This document shows, piece by piece, positions 34,093-45,608 of a stretch of DNA of 54,621 bases. The stretch lies in contig QPMI01000303.1 in the NCBI GenBank assembly GCA_004431415.1, positions 1 to 54,621 on the forward strand. The letters are read 5' to 3'. The notes below the pieces were generated by a model. That model ran no database searches and was not told the DNA's origin. It was given only the letters and a program-made list of their open reading frames with translations. Position numbers and translations under genes: made by a program. Every line of letters starts with the position of its first letter. Positions within the stretch are counted from its first letter, which is position 1. The DNA comes from Cyanophora paradoxa CCMP329. Lineage: Eukaryota; Plantae; Glaucophyta.

Positions 34093-36014
34093 TCAAACCG
34101 GGCTCGACGTCGACGTCGGACTCGGGGGGCGGGGCGGGGCGGGGCGGGGCGGGGGGGGGGGGGGGGGGGGGGGGGGGTTTGGGGCACCCTTGACGGCGTT
34201 CTGGGCCATGGCCTGCTGGTCGACGACCTCGAGGACGTCGGTCCGGGCGCGCCCCGCCTTTACCCGCTCCTGCACCGACAGGCACTCGTACGGCACCTGC
34301 GGGGGAGGGGGGGGGGGGGGGGGGCGTGAGGCTGCCCTGCCCGGCCTTGCGCGCGCTTGGGCGCGGGGCCGCAGGCGCACGAGGAGGTTGCTTATCTTGC
34401 GCTGCTTGATCTTGTCCGACCCGTACATGAACCCTGCAGGCGCGTGAGGGGGAGGCGGGGGCCAGGCGCGGGCGGGGCGGGGCGGACCCTCGCGCCTCTT
34501 CTTGCGGGCCCAGACCTCGTGGGCGTTGCGTGCGAGCAGGTCCACGAGCTGCTTCACCACGTCCTCGTCCTCCAGCCGCCCCGCCCCGCCCGCCCCGCCC
34601 CACCAGCCGCCCCCCGCCCCACCAGCCGCCGCCCCGCCCCTGCCCCCGGAACGCCTGCGCGGGAGGAGGAGGCGCGCGTCAGGTCTCGAGCCGGGCCGGG
34701 GCGCCCTCAATTCGATTGATTCTAACTCTCTGGGAGCGTGGCCGACCTTCATGTTCTCCCTGTACTTCTCCTCGTTGACCTTCAGCAGGATGTAGCCCTG
34801 CCCGGGGGCGAGGGTCGCACGAGAATCAAACGGGCCCGGCGGGCGGGCGCACGTCGGGGAGCCGCTTCCCCTAGACGCAGGCGTCCCAGCCGGGGTCCTT
34901 CAGCAGCGCCCCCTCCACCGGCCTCTCCGCGTCGCCGCCCTCCGGCGCCGCGAACTCGTACCTGCCGCCACGGGCGCCAGCGCGCTCGCTCGGACCCGAG
35001 GAGGGGCGAGGGGGAGGGGCGGGGTCCGCCGGACCTGCAGTACATGGCAGAGTAGAGGATCTGAGGCGGGCGCGGGCGCGGGCGTCGGAGGGGCGGGGAG
35101 CATGAGGTGGGAGGGGAGAAGGACGGCGGGGGGTACAGCGCTCCGTGCCCGGCCTCGAAAAAGCTCTCAGAGGCGAGAGGCAGGCGAGGGCGCACCGCTG
35201 CGCGCGGGTGTGCGGCTCACGATCAGGCGCGGTGGCGGGGCCGGGGAGGGGTGGCCCCGGGGCCGGGGGTGGGGCGGGGCGGGGCGGGCGGACCGACGGG
35301 GATGACCTGTATGGCGAGGGCCGCGAAGCGCAGCACGAAGACGACGTACAAGCAGAGCTCCCTGCGCCCCGACGCCCCCGGGGAACGCGTGTCAGCGGCG
35401 GGCGCGCGGCCGGGCTCCGCGCTAGCTCCACGGCACCGGTAGAGCTTCATCTGGGCGAGCTTCTTGCGCCACACGCGGAGGTAGATCTCCGTGGAGCGCA
35501 CGTCGAGCTTCATGTCCTGGAAGAGGCTGCGCGCGCGGGCGCCGGGGCGTCAGGCCAGGGCCGGGCGCGCGGGCGCGTGCGCGGCGCGCGCGCACTTGGA
35601 GATGGCAGTGACGACCGTGGCGGCCTTCTTGCCGCTCGCGTCCGCGGAGCTGGAGGTCTTCGGGAGCACCGGCTCCCGGGCCCGGTCCATAGACGCGGCC
35701 ACGTCGGCCTCCCTGGACGCCGGCGCCGGCGCGGGGCCGGAGCCGCGGCCGGCGGCCGTGGCGCGGCGCGTGCGGCCCGGCTGCTGCGCGCAGCCGTAGG
35801 CGTGGGCGAACGACGGAGTCATCTCGACCGCGACAGGCGACAGAGACGCTGGCCCCAGGGTCGCACTCGCGACGGAGCTTGCGACGTCGGCGGGGCGGTA
35901 GAACCCATCGCTCTCCACCGAAGCGGCTAGTGCCCCGTCTGAGAACGCATAGCGATCCGCGGATCGGGTTGACCGGGCGGGGCTGCTCGGGACATACAAC
36001 GACACGGCTTCCAT
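34093..36014 (-). pseudogene. Truncated polycystin-2-like/RyR-domain channel gene with in-frame TAG
   Basis: PKD2-like first-TM motif YRELCLYVVFVLRFAALAIQ; RyR repeat LVDLLARNAHEVWARKKR-GFMYGSDK-NLLVPYECLSVQER; TAG at 34871-34873 inside an otherwise in-frame exon; channel core absent. Confidence 0.6.
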
Positions 36015-36277
36015 CGCGACGCGACGCGACGGCGACACGCGTACGCAGGACTTCGAAACGGCTTGCGAGCTGGGCGCGCCTAGGATCCGGAGCGAGCTCA
36101 AGTGTCGCCGGGAGCTCCATAGCGCTAGCCGCTGAGCGCTGCTGAGGCGTTCGGTGGTTCTCACGAGTCACGAACTGATCCGACACGCAGAGGCAAGGCC
36201 CGCGCGCAGGCGTACCCATGGCCATTACCAATGTTCGAGGGGTACGGCCGCACTCACAGTCATCAGCTAGCTAGCGC

Positions 36278-36295
36278 TATATATATATATATATA
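36278..36295. repeat. (TA)n microsatellite
   Basis: Tandem TA run. Confidence 0.85.
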
Positions 36296-37539
36296 CTAGT
36301 AATGTTTTATTGCATGCACTGTACTAGCAATGTGTTATTGCAATTGCGCGCATGCGCATTTGCACATGTATGAATGATGGCTCTACTCAAACGATCGCGA
36401 TTCGATGCATTTTGAAATCACAATTTAAATTCGATGATGGGGCCTGGGCCGCCTGGCCCGGCGGCGGGCGCATGATTATTGCATGATTCAACATACGAAA
36501 TACGTATATATGCACATGGATGTATGTATTGCATGATTGCATATATGTATATATATATCGTAGACGTCGATCGCGAAATTGACGCGAATCTATGATTCGC
36601 GATCGATGCGACCGTTAAATATAACGTTGCGACGTCGACGCGGACGCGTCGCGTCGTTCATTTACGTCATCAATCATGGATCGGATGTCGACGTGACGAC
36701 GTCTCGACCCGGAACTTCGGAATCGGCCTGCGCCGGGGTACAACGCTCTCGATCAGACGCCGGCGCGCGATCGTGCGGCCGCGCGCGGCCCGCGCGGCCG
36801 CACGCGGCGCCGGCCGGCTTGCTCGCTAGCAATATAGCGCATAGAGTACTAGTACTTCATAGCAAACGCGCAACTTCGCGGCGCCCGGCCGGCCGGCACC
36901 GGCGCACACTCGCAACACATGTACAGCGGCGCGCATGCGCGCAAGGCCGTGCGCGAGTGCGCAGCTCCGACGATCCCCTCGGCCGCTTAACAGCAGCGCA
37001 GGCTGCGCAGCAGCTAGCGCAGCAGCTATCAGCTGCAGCCTGGCAGGCGCCTGCAGCAGCGATCGTCGAGCTTCGCGGGTCGCGGGGTCGGGCACTTCTG
37101 GGGAACTCGGGGGCCAGCTGCAGTCAGGGCCGCCGCGGGAATCGCTAGCGCGTACGCAAACAGTTTGCGTTCTACGCGTACGGGATACGCAGAACGTACG
37201 CGCGACGCCTGCCGTCGACTGTCGCATTGTTGCCGCGTACACGCGCGTGCAACTAATTCTCTTGACGATCCATCAATATTGGGTTAGCTGCCAGTGCGCA
37301 CTGCGCAGCTGTGATCTTCTGCAGCTGCAGCTGTGAGAGTGCCGGGATGGCGGTACCGGTGGCGGTATGAGTGCGAAGCGCATATGCATATACGCAACGG
37401 AAGCGCAACACTACGAGTACCAGTAGAGCCGCGGCCTACCCAACGCCCGTGCACGCTCCAGACATGCATGTGCAGTCGATGTGAGTCGCCCCTTGCGCCG
37501 CGTGGTTCACTCCTCCTGTTCACTCGTGCACTGATCGCA

Positions 37540-38230
37540 GAGGCGCTTCATCCCTGAGCTCGAAGGAACACGAGCGCCTGAACGAGTTTCGTGGGAGCGC
37601 TGTCGCTCTGCTCGCGTCGATCGGCTCTGGCAACACGGATGCCTGGGTTGTCAAGGAGGAGCGTGAGGAGGTTGGCGACTACGGGTCAGTCAAGAGCTGG
37701 ATCATTGCGCGCGCCGCGTCGCGCGGGGGGCAGCCGACAGCGACCGCGTACATCGAGGACTTCGTGCTCCCGACCTCCGAGGCCACGTTCATGCGCTTCG
37801 TCTCTGGACCCACCTTTGTCCGTCACTGGCGGCTTGCATATCGCATTCGCCGTCATTCACCGTTTCGTTTCGCCGTGCAGGTGAAAGAGATATGCCCGAC
37901 TATCGTTTCCCAAACCACGCTGGTCGAGCTCGGCGGCCGAGACAAATTGGTGGTGCGCGCCAATTTTGCTTTGAGCCCCGCGCGCGTGTGCCGCGCATAC
38001 CGCTGAGCATGGAGCGGCAGCACCTCGTCAACGAGAGCCTCTGGCCGTTCCCGCGGCGCTGCATCACAGCGTTGAACACCACCGGCGTTTACGAGCACCC
38101 CGCGGCATCGGGCGGCCGCCGCGAGTCCTACTGGTACCTCGGCTGGAGCGGCGATCTTGCTCTCGAGTTGCCCTGCTGCGCGGTCTGTTCGACACGTGGC
38201 CCAGGCCGCACGCGGAAAAATAATTTATAG
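37540..38230 (+). CDS. Small spliced gene or fragment, possibly START-like fold
   Basis: Exons DAWVVKEEREE|PTATAYIEDFVLPTSEATFMRFV|VKEICPTIVSQTTLVEL|HLVNESLWPFPRRCI join through GT-AG introns. The WP-x-x-R motif recalls START domains. Confidence 0.4.
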
Positions 38231-38445
38231 TGCGGCCGCAGGTCTCGCCGGAAGCGACTCACGGGGCGGTATTTTTCTCTGCAATTGGGGGGACCGAGGG
38301 CGACGCCGACGCGCGAAGTTCGATTCGCGTCCGATTAGTCCTGCTGTGCGCAACGAATTTCGGCGTTGTCGGGATTCGATGATCCCGATCGATTTCCGCG
38401 GCTGAGGGCGGGCACGGGCGGGCGCGCAGGAAAGGCAACACTCCG

Positions 38446-41400
38446 ATGGGGACGCTGCTGTCGCTCCTGCCACAGAGCCTCGTCACGTCGCTCCGCGACA
38501 AGTTCGGTGCGCCCCGAAGAGCTGCGCCCCCGGATCCCGCGCCTCGCCGCCAACCGGGGCGCAGTGATGCTGATGGTGACGCGCTCGGGGCGGCGCATGC
38601 GCGCGTGGTGCGGGTCGGGGCGGCCGGAGGACCCGGCGACAGGGCAGGTCTTTGCCAACTCGAGGTCCGCCCCGCCCCGCCCCGCCCGGCTCCTCCAAGG
38701 GCGGGGCCCGGGGCAGGCGATGACCGCGCGCCCCAGCGAGCTCGCCAACATCACGAACGCGCTCGCCTCGATGAGCTTCTCCTCCGCCCCGCCCGCCCCG
38801 CCCCTCCGGTCCCCCCTCAGCCTCCCCCGTGCACCCCTGCCGCACGCCAACGCCCTTCCGATCGCAGCGAGTGGGCGATCCGCGCGCATGAGTGGTGCCC
38901 TTTCTACCCCCCCTCTCCCTTCCCCCCCCCTCTCCCTTCCCCCCCCCCCTCCCTTCCCCCCTCGCCCGGCATTCGCCCTCTCCGCTAACTCAAGCGGCCG
39001 GGGGCAGCGCCGCCGGGGACGTTGAGAAGGTTCTACCCCCGCTGACGGGCGCGTCGATGACGTCGCGCTCCTCTCGGTCCTGCTCCTCGTCTCCCGCCGG
39101 CTCGCCCTCCGAGCGGAGCCGCACCCCGAAGCGGCACACTCCGCTGTCCGCCCCGGCGCTCGACCGGCGCGAATCGGCGGCCGGGCCCCCTCCGAAGCGC
39201 TCGCGGGGGGCTGTGCACGCCGATGCCCCCCACCAGCGCGGCGCCAGGCGAGCCGGCTACCGCTCCCCCAGCGCCCCTCGCCCCGCCCCTCTCTAACCTG
39301 GCAGCCGCGGCCGCCCCGCAGCGCCGAGCCGAGGACGCGGTCGCCCGGCAGCCCCTCGCACTCACCGCTCCCGCTGGTGATCGGCGCCGGGCTCGCCTCG
39401 CTCTCCGTCGCATCCGCAGCGCACCCGCGGCCGCGCCCTCCCGACCCCCGCCCCCTGGCCCCCTCGTCCGCGGGGCCCTCCTCCGCCGCCCCGCCCGGCC
39501 CTCCCGGGCGGCCTGCGGCAGCGCGGACGGGACGGCGAGGGCGTGAGCCTCCCGGTGCCGCTCGGGCGGTGGGAGGCGGAGGCGGAGGCGGAGCCGGAGG
39601 CGGAGGCGGGGGCGTGCAGGGGCTGCCCGACGAGCTCCTCCTCGCCGTGCTCGCCCACCTCCCCGCCCCGATCTCGCCGCCGCCGCCCGCGTCTGCCGGT
39701 CCGCCCGCGCCCCGCCCCGCCCCCGCGCCCCGCCCCGCTGATCCGCCCCCGGGCAGGCGCTGGGCCGGCCTCGCCTCCTCCGACGCCCTCTGGCGCTCCC
39801 TGTACCTGAGGCGCCCGCCCCCGCCCGCCCCGCCCCGCCCCGCCCCGTTCCCGACCCCCCGCGCCTTCCCGCAGGCGCTGGGCTGTACCCCCGACACCGT
39901 CTCCGTGGAGGTCTCCGGGGCCTTCCGGCGGCAGGTCCGCGCGCTTCGTGCGGCTCTGGGCCGCCGGGGCGCCGACCGGCGCGCCGCAGGCGACGGCGTC
40001 GTCGAGCGCCGGCTCGACTCCGATGCGGGCCGATTCGCCCGAGCTCGCCGCGCCCGGCGCCCGGGGGCACGCCCTCCCCCGTCGGCGCCCCGCCGCCGTC
40101 TGCCCCCGCGCTGGCTTCCGGTGCGCGCGCGCCGCCCCGAGGCCACCGCCCCTCCCGCTTCGCTCGCGCCCGACGCGGCCTCCAGCCGCCGGCACCTCTC
40201 CGAGTGCAACTGGCGCGCGGGGCGCTGCGAGGTGCGGCGCGCGCGCCGGCGCCCCTGCGAGGGCGCGGCCGACGCTGCGGTGCGGCGGGGCAGGTGACGG
40301 CGGCGCGGGCGCACGGGCGGGCGGTGCGGGCGGTGGAGTTTTTGGACCCCGCAACCTTCCGCCAGGGCTCCGCCCTCTCGTCCGCCCCCGCCCGCCCCCG
40401 CGCCGCGGCGCGCGCCGGGGCCCGCCTCGAGCGCTGCTCGCGCGCAGGGCCTCGGTGGACGGCACCGTCAAGGTCTTCGAGCTGCGCCGCATGCAGTGCC
40501 TCCAGGCGAGCGAGCGAGCCGGCCGGCGCCGCCCTCCGCCCCCGCCGCCTCTGACGGGCGCCGGGGCGCCCAGACGGTGCCGTCGACGCGGACGGCGCTC
40601 GTGGCGATGTTCCTCCGCCGCGACCGCCTCTACTTCGCCTACAAGGGCCCGCCCCGCCGCGCGCCGCTGCCGCCGCCGGCGCGCGCCGCTGAGGCTCGGG
40701 GCAGACGGGGCGGTGGGGGCCTGGGACCTCGACTCGGGGACATCGAGTACAAGTTCGGGCGGGGCGGCTCGTCGCCCCGGAGCCCGGCGCCGCCGCCGCC
40801 GCCGGCCCGGGCCCGGGCCTCGCCCTCGAGCTCACCGACGCCCTCGTCGCCACCTTCGGCGCCGACGCCTCCGCCCGCCTCTACCGCGTACCCCCTCTGC
40901 GTGCGCCCCGGCCCCCGCACCCGCTCCGGCCCCGGCCCCGGCCCCGCGCGGCCTCGAGCCGGGCCCCGCAGGACGCAGGGCGCCTCCTCCCCCCCCTCGG
41001 CCCCCCTCGTCCCCGACGTCGTACTCTCGTGCGCGCGTACCCCCCTGCTTCGCCCCCGCCCCCGCCCCCGCGCCGCCCCCCTCGAGCGGCCGTGGCGCGC
41101 AGCGGGCATGCGGGGCGCGTCACGGCGGTGTCCCTGGCCTCGGAACCCTCTCTGCACCCCTGCCCCGTCGTCACCGGCGGCATCGAGGGCCTCATCAAGG
41201 TGCCACGACGCGTACCCCCCGGCGCCATCCCCCCCGCCCTCGGCTCAGGCGCGCTGGGCGGGCAGACGTGGGACGTGGAGACGGGGCGGTGCACGGGGAC
41301 GTGGGCGGGCCACTCGGCGGGGGTGCAGCAGCTGCGGCAGGAGGGCGCGCTGCTGCAGTCGGCGGGGCGCGACCGCACCGTCCGCGTCTTCGACACCCGC

Positions 41401-41948
41401 CTCCCCGCCCGCTCCGCCTGCGTCCTCCGCCTCGTCCGCCCCCGCCCCGCACCGCCCGCACCACCCGAGGCCGGCGGCTGAGGCGGGCGGGGCGGGGCGG
41501 GCAGGGCCACGGGGCGAAGGTGACGCGGTTCGACGCGGTGCGGGGGGCGATGATCGTGAGCGCCACCGACGACTGCGCCCTCCACGCCTTCGACGTCCGC
41601 ACCGGCGCCGCCCTCCAGCGGTCCGCCACCCCCGCGCCCTCTCCCGTGCCCTCCCTTCCCCCTCGAGCGGGCGGGGGCGGGCGCGGGGCAGGTTCTCGGG
41701 GGTGCTGGAGGCGCCGGTGACGGCGCTGCGGGCGACCTCGTACGAGCTCCTCACCGGCTGCCGCGACGGCTCCCTCTACATGTGGTCCTTCGGTGAGCGT
41801 CGCCCGATTTTGTGCGCCCGCGCGATCGAGGCGTCTCTCTCGAGCGCGCGCCGCCCCCGCAGATCCCTTCTTCATCCGCGTCCCCGGGCCCGGCGGCGCC
41901 CCGCGGCTGCCCCCGGACGTCACCTGGCCTGCCGCCCCCGGCCTCTGA
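38446..41948 (+). CDS. F-box/WD40-repeat protein
   Basis: F-box GLPDELLLAVLAHL...RRWAGLASSDALWRSLY; WD40 repeats ASVDGTVKVFEL, GHSAGVQQL...SAGRDRTVRVFD, LLTGCRDGSLYMW; TGA at 41948. Confidence 0.85.
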
Positions 41949-42755
41949 CGTCGCGTGCGCGAGCGCCCCGCCGACGCCCCGCTCGCTCGGCTCGCGTCTG
42001 TTCCGTGATTCCCTATCACGTGTGTAGCGCCCTTGTGATGCGCCCTTGTGTAGCTCGCCGTTTTGGTGTCGCGTGCGGTTTAGGCTCTTCAGCAAAGTGC
42101 CCTGCGCGTTTCATTGAGAGCATAATTTTCGATGAGCTCGGTCAGCTAGATAGCTCGTTCTAATCAGGCCAACGCATAGCGTTTCTATTCGGCAGAGAGA
42201 GTGCCCGCCCAATTTCATGGAGACCTTTACCTTACATTAGCTATATACAGTATACAGTAGCTCGTTGATAGCAGGCCGCGCCTAGGCATAACGTCTGTCC
42301 TCCAGATCTCAGACTAAATCAGGGCGTTTTTTCACTTTGTCTTTGGGGCCGCCCCCCTACCGGACCTACAGAAGGTTTTAAGTGGTAGACCTGCAGTTCA
42401 GCTTCACTCAGCGAGTTTCCTTCCCGGCGCCGCGGCGATGCATGCGCACTGCGCATGCGTCTGCCAAGGCTGCACGTTTCAGATGTTTTCAGTCTCCTTC
42501 CCGAAGCATTCGTTGATTGCGGCACACTATTGCTATAGCTAGCTATAGTACTCTCCGCAGCTGCCCCACGGCTGCCTGCGGCTGTGGCCGCCGTGCCACG
42601 GTGCACGATGGCCCGAGTTCCGTAGCTTCAGAAAGCCTTTATTCAGCCGGAGAGCCCTTGCGAATTGTACGCCCCGCGCGTGTATTTATTCGAGTCCCGT
42701 AAACCACTCGTACACCTGGTTTCGGGATCGAAAGCGCGGCCGGATACCCTAAAAG

Positions 42756-44226
42756 CTACATGCGGGCGCGGCGGGCGCGGCCGAAGAACTTGGCGACTGC
42801 CTCCTTCGCCTCCGGGGAGGCCCACCGCCCTGCGCAAGCGCGCGGGCGCCCCCGCGGTCGGCCCCGGAGCTAGTCGAAGTACAATTGCGCAGAGGGGCTC
42901 GAGGGGCGGGCACCGGCGAGGACGCGCGTCTCCCGCCTGTTGACGTCCCGCAGGAGCTCCCGCAGCGGGCCCCGCACCAGCTCCTTCGACGCCGCCAGCG
43001 CCCCCGGCGGGAACGAGGCCATCTGCCGCGCGCCGAGGCGAGGCTCGGGCCCCGTCTCCGGACTTGGAGCGGGGCGGGGCGGGGCGGGGCGGCGGCGCGC
43101 CTGCATGACGCGCTTGGTGACCTCCTTCTGGAAGGCGGGGGCGGGGAAGACGGCGGCGACGAAGCCGGCCCGCTCGCCCTCCCCCGCCGTCAGCTTCCGC
43201 CCCATCAGCAGCAGCTCGTTCGCCTGCCCCGCCGCCCCGCGACGCGGCAAGGGTGAGCCCGGGCCGGCGAGGAGGGCGGGGCGGCGGCGGCGGCGGCGGC
43301 AGCGGCTCACCAGGGCGGGCCCGAAGATGCGGGGGAAGAAGTAGGAGGAGCAGGCCTCGGGGGACTGGCCCAGGGCCGCGAACGGGACCTGGAACGTCGC
43401 CCTGGGCCGAGGCGCGCGCGCAGGTCAGCGGCGGGGCGCGGCGGGGCGGGGCGGGGCGGCCGCGGATGGGGAGCGCGCACGTGTCGGAGGCGTAGACGAT
43501 GTCGGCGAGGGCGAGGATGGTGACCCCGATGCCGATCGCGGGGCCGTTCACGGCCGCCACCAGCGGCTTCTTCAGGTCGATGAAGGCGTCTGGCCCCCGG
43601 CGCCCCGTCCCAGTCGGCGCCTCGCCGCCGACGAATCCGATAAGCGAGCGCGGACCGACGAAGTCTATGAGGATGCGGCTCTTCTCCGCAAGCATCGCCT
43701 GCATCTGCGGCGCGCGCGCGCGCCTCTCAGTCGCGTTCGGGGCCCCTCAACTGCGCGCACCGCGCACCTTCTGAGGATCGAAGCCGCCGAAGTTGCCCAG
43801 ATCGTTGCCGCTGGAGAACCTGCAGCGGCGCCGCGGCCGTGCGGTTGGACATATTTTCATCCCCTCGCAGCCAGAGGGCGGCCGAGCGCGATGTACCAGT
43901 CACCGGCTCCAGTTAGAACGATGCAAGAGACACCCTCGTCCGCGTCAGCCGCCTTCAGCTGCTTTGTAATCTCTTCGTACGATGAGCCCAAAAGCGCGTT
44001 CTTGCGAGTGGGCCGTGCGATCCTTCGAACGAGCGCAGATTCAGCGCGTACTTGAGACGTGGGAAGCAGGGGGCGCTAGCGTGGCGCCGCCGCCGTGGCG
44101 GCTCGGCGCGCAGCCGCACGAAACCGAAGCCGGGCGCGCCGGGCCGGAGGCGGCAGCGGCGCCAGCGCACCGGATCAAAGAAACTCTTCCGAGGCGCTCG
44201 ACTTCTATCCCGTGGTCCTCCTGCAT
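42756..44226 (-). CDS. Peroxisomal enoyl-CoA delta isomerase (crotonase family, ECI2-like)
   Basis: [68 protein letters not shown]. The C-terminal ARM is a PTS1-like signal. Confidence 0.92.
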
Positions 44227-44448
44227 CTCGTCGGGCGCGGGATTGCGTACGTCCTCGGTCACGGCGGCAAGGCCCCGCAATTGCGGCGTTCCGGTTAATG
44301 AAGATGCAGATCGCGTGCTGTGTAGATCGTGTTGCGCAGGTTCGACTGTCAGGACTTGAGCTTCGAGGGGTACGAATAGAACCAGCAAAGTACCTGTTGT
44401 CCAGAAGCAAGCTCGCCGTAGGAAGAGTGCACAGGCCGCACAACGCAC

Positions 44449-45326
44449 ATGACCAGCCCGTCAGTGTTGCGGCTGCTGACCGATCTAAAACAGGTTAGCT
44501 GGCCGACCTCACACCAGGTTGCCGCTGACCTCCGTCCGCGCTGCAGATCAAGCAGGAACCTCCAGAGGTGCCGCCGCCGTAGCCGGCGCCCACATGCGTG
44601 TTTCTGACTGCCAGCCACTCTGGCCTTGTCAGGGCTGCAGCGCGTCGCCAATCTCCGATGACAACCTGTATATCTGGAGCGCGACGATATTCGGGCCTGA
44701 TGAGTCCCCCTGGGAAGGTGCCGCCTGAAGATTTCAGCTCCGCGCTTGGACGTCGATGCCGACGCGGCGAATGGCCCCTCTGCAGGCGGTGTCTACTCGC
44801 TGCGGCTGACTTTCACGGAGGCGTATCCTGATAAGCCGCCGAAAGTGCGGTTCACTTGCGAAAGTGCGCGGAGCTCATGCGGTTTTGTGCCGCGCCCGCT
44901 CACCGTAGAGCAGTGTTCCACCCCAACGTGTACTCCGACGGAACCCTGTGCCTCGACATCATCCAGGACGCGTGGGTCCCAACGTGCGCCTCCCGGCGCC
45001 GAGCCACGCGCCTACATTCCTGAGGCATACGTATCCGCGTAGGTACACAGTGGCGACGATCTTGACAAGTATCCAGGTTTGCTTCGCTTTCAGTTTCATT
45101 TCTTTTCCCAGCTGCATCTCACGCGAGCGCGCCGGCAGTCCTTGCTAACCGATCCGAACCCGGCGAGCCCCGCGAACCCGGAAGCCGCGCACCTGTACAA
45201 CAACGACAAGAAGGAGTACAGCAAGCGAGTGAGGAAGTGCGCATTGAAATCCGTGGAAGGAGGTGCGACGCTCCGCCTCCCCAGTGCCGCGCGCTGTCGC
45301 TGATATGCGCGGTGGCCGCAGTATGA
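44449..45326 (+). CDS. UBC2: Ubiquitin-conjugating enzyme E2, Rad6/UBC2 family (7 introns)
   Basis: [28 protein letters not shown]...[14 protein letters not shown]...[17 protein letters not shown]...[20 protein letters not shown]. Confidence 0.95.
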
Positions 45327-45608
45327 CCCGAAGGGACACCAGTCGGATGTACAGTGCAGGGGGCGTGTTGTATCCTGGATCCCTTTCGCCCCGTAGCAGC
45401 GTAGGAGGTACCGGTAGAGACAGAGCTAGGATCGTGAGTGGTGGTCCTATCCTTTTTCCTTCGATCCAGTTTCATGCGCTTTCACGGCACCTCTTCCTCG
45501 AGCTCGCTCACGCACAAGCGACATGCACGGCCGCTGTGAACACCTGGGCTTAAAGAACTGCTTTGGTTTCATAGACGAAAAGAACAAAAGACGTTTTCTC
45601 GCGATCGG

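Noticed and set aside
34871-34873. Genome-wide TAG reassignment suggested by an in-frame TAG
   Set aside because: TAG is the normal terminal stop of LETM1, the Kelch gene, ECI, the RING gene and others. I saw no in-frame TAG in the conserved genes I spliced.
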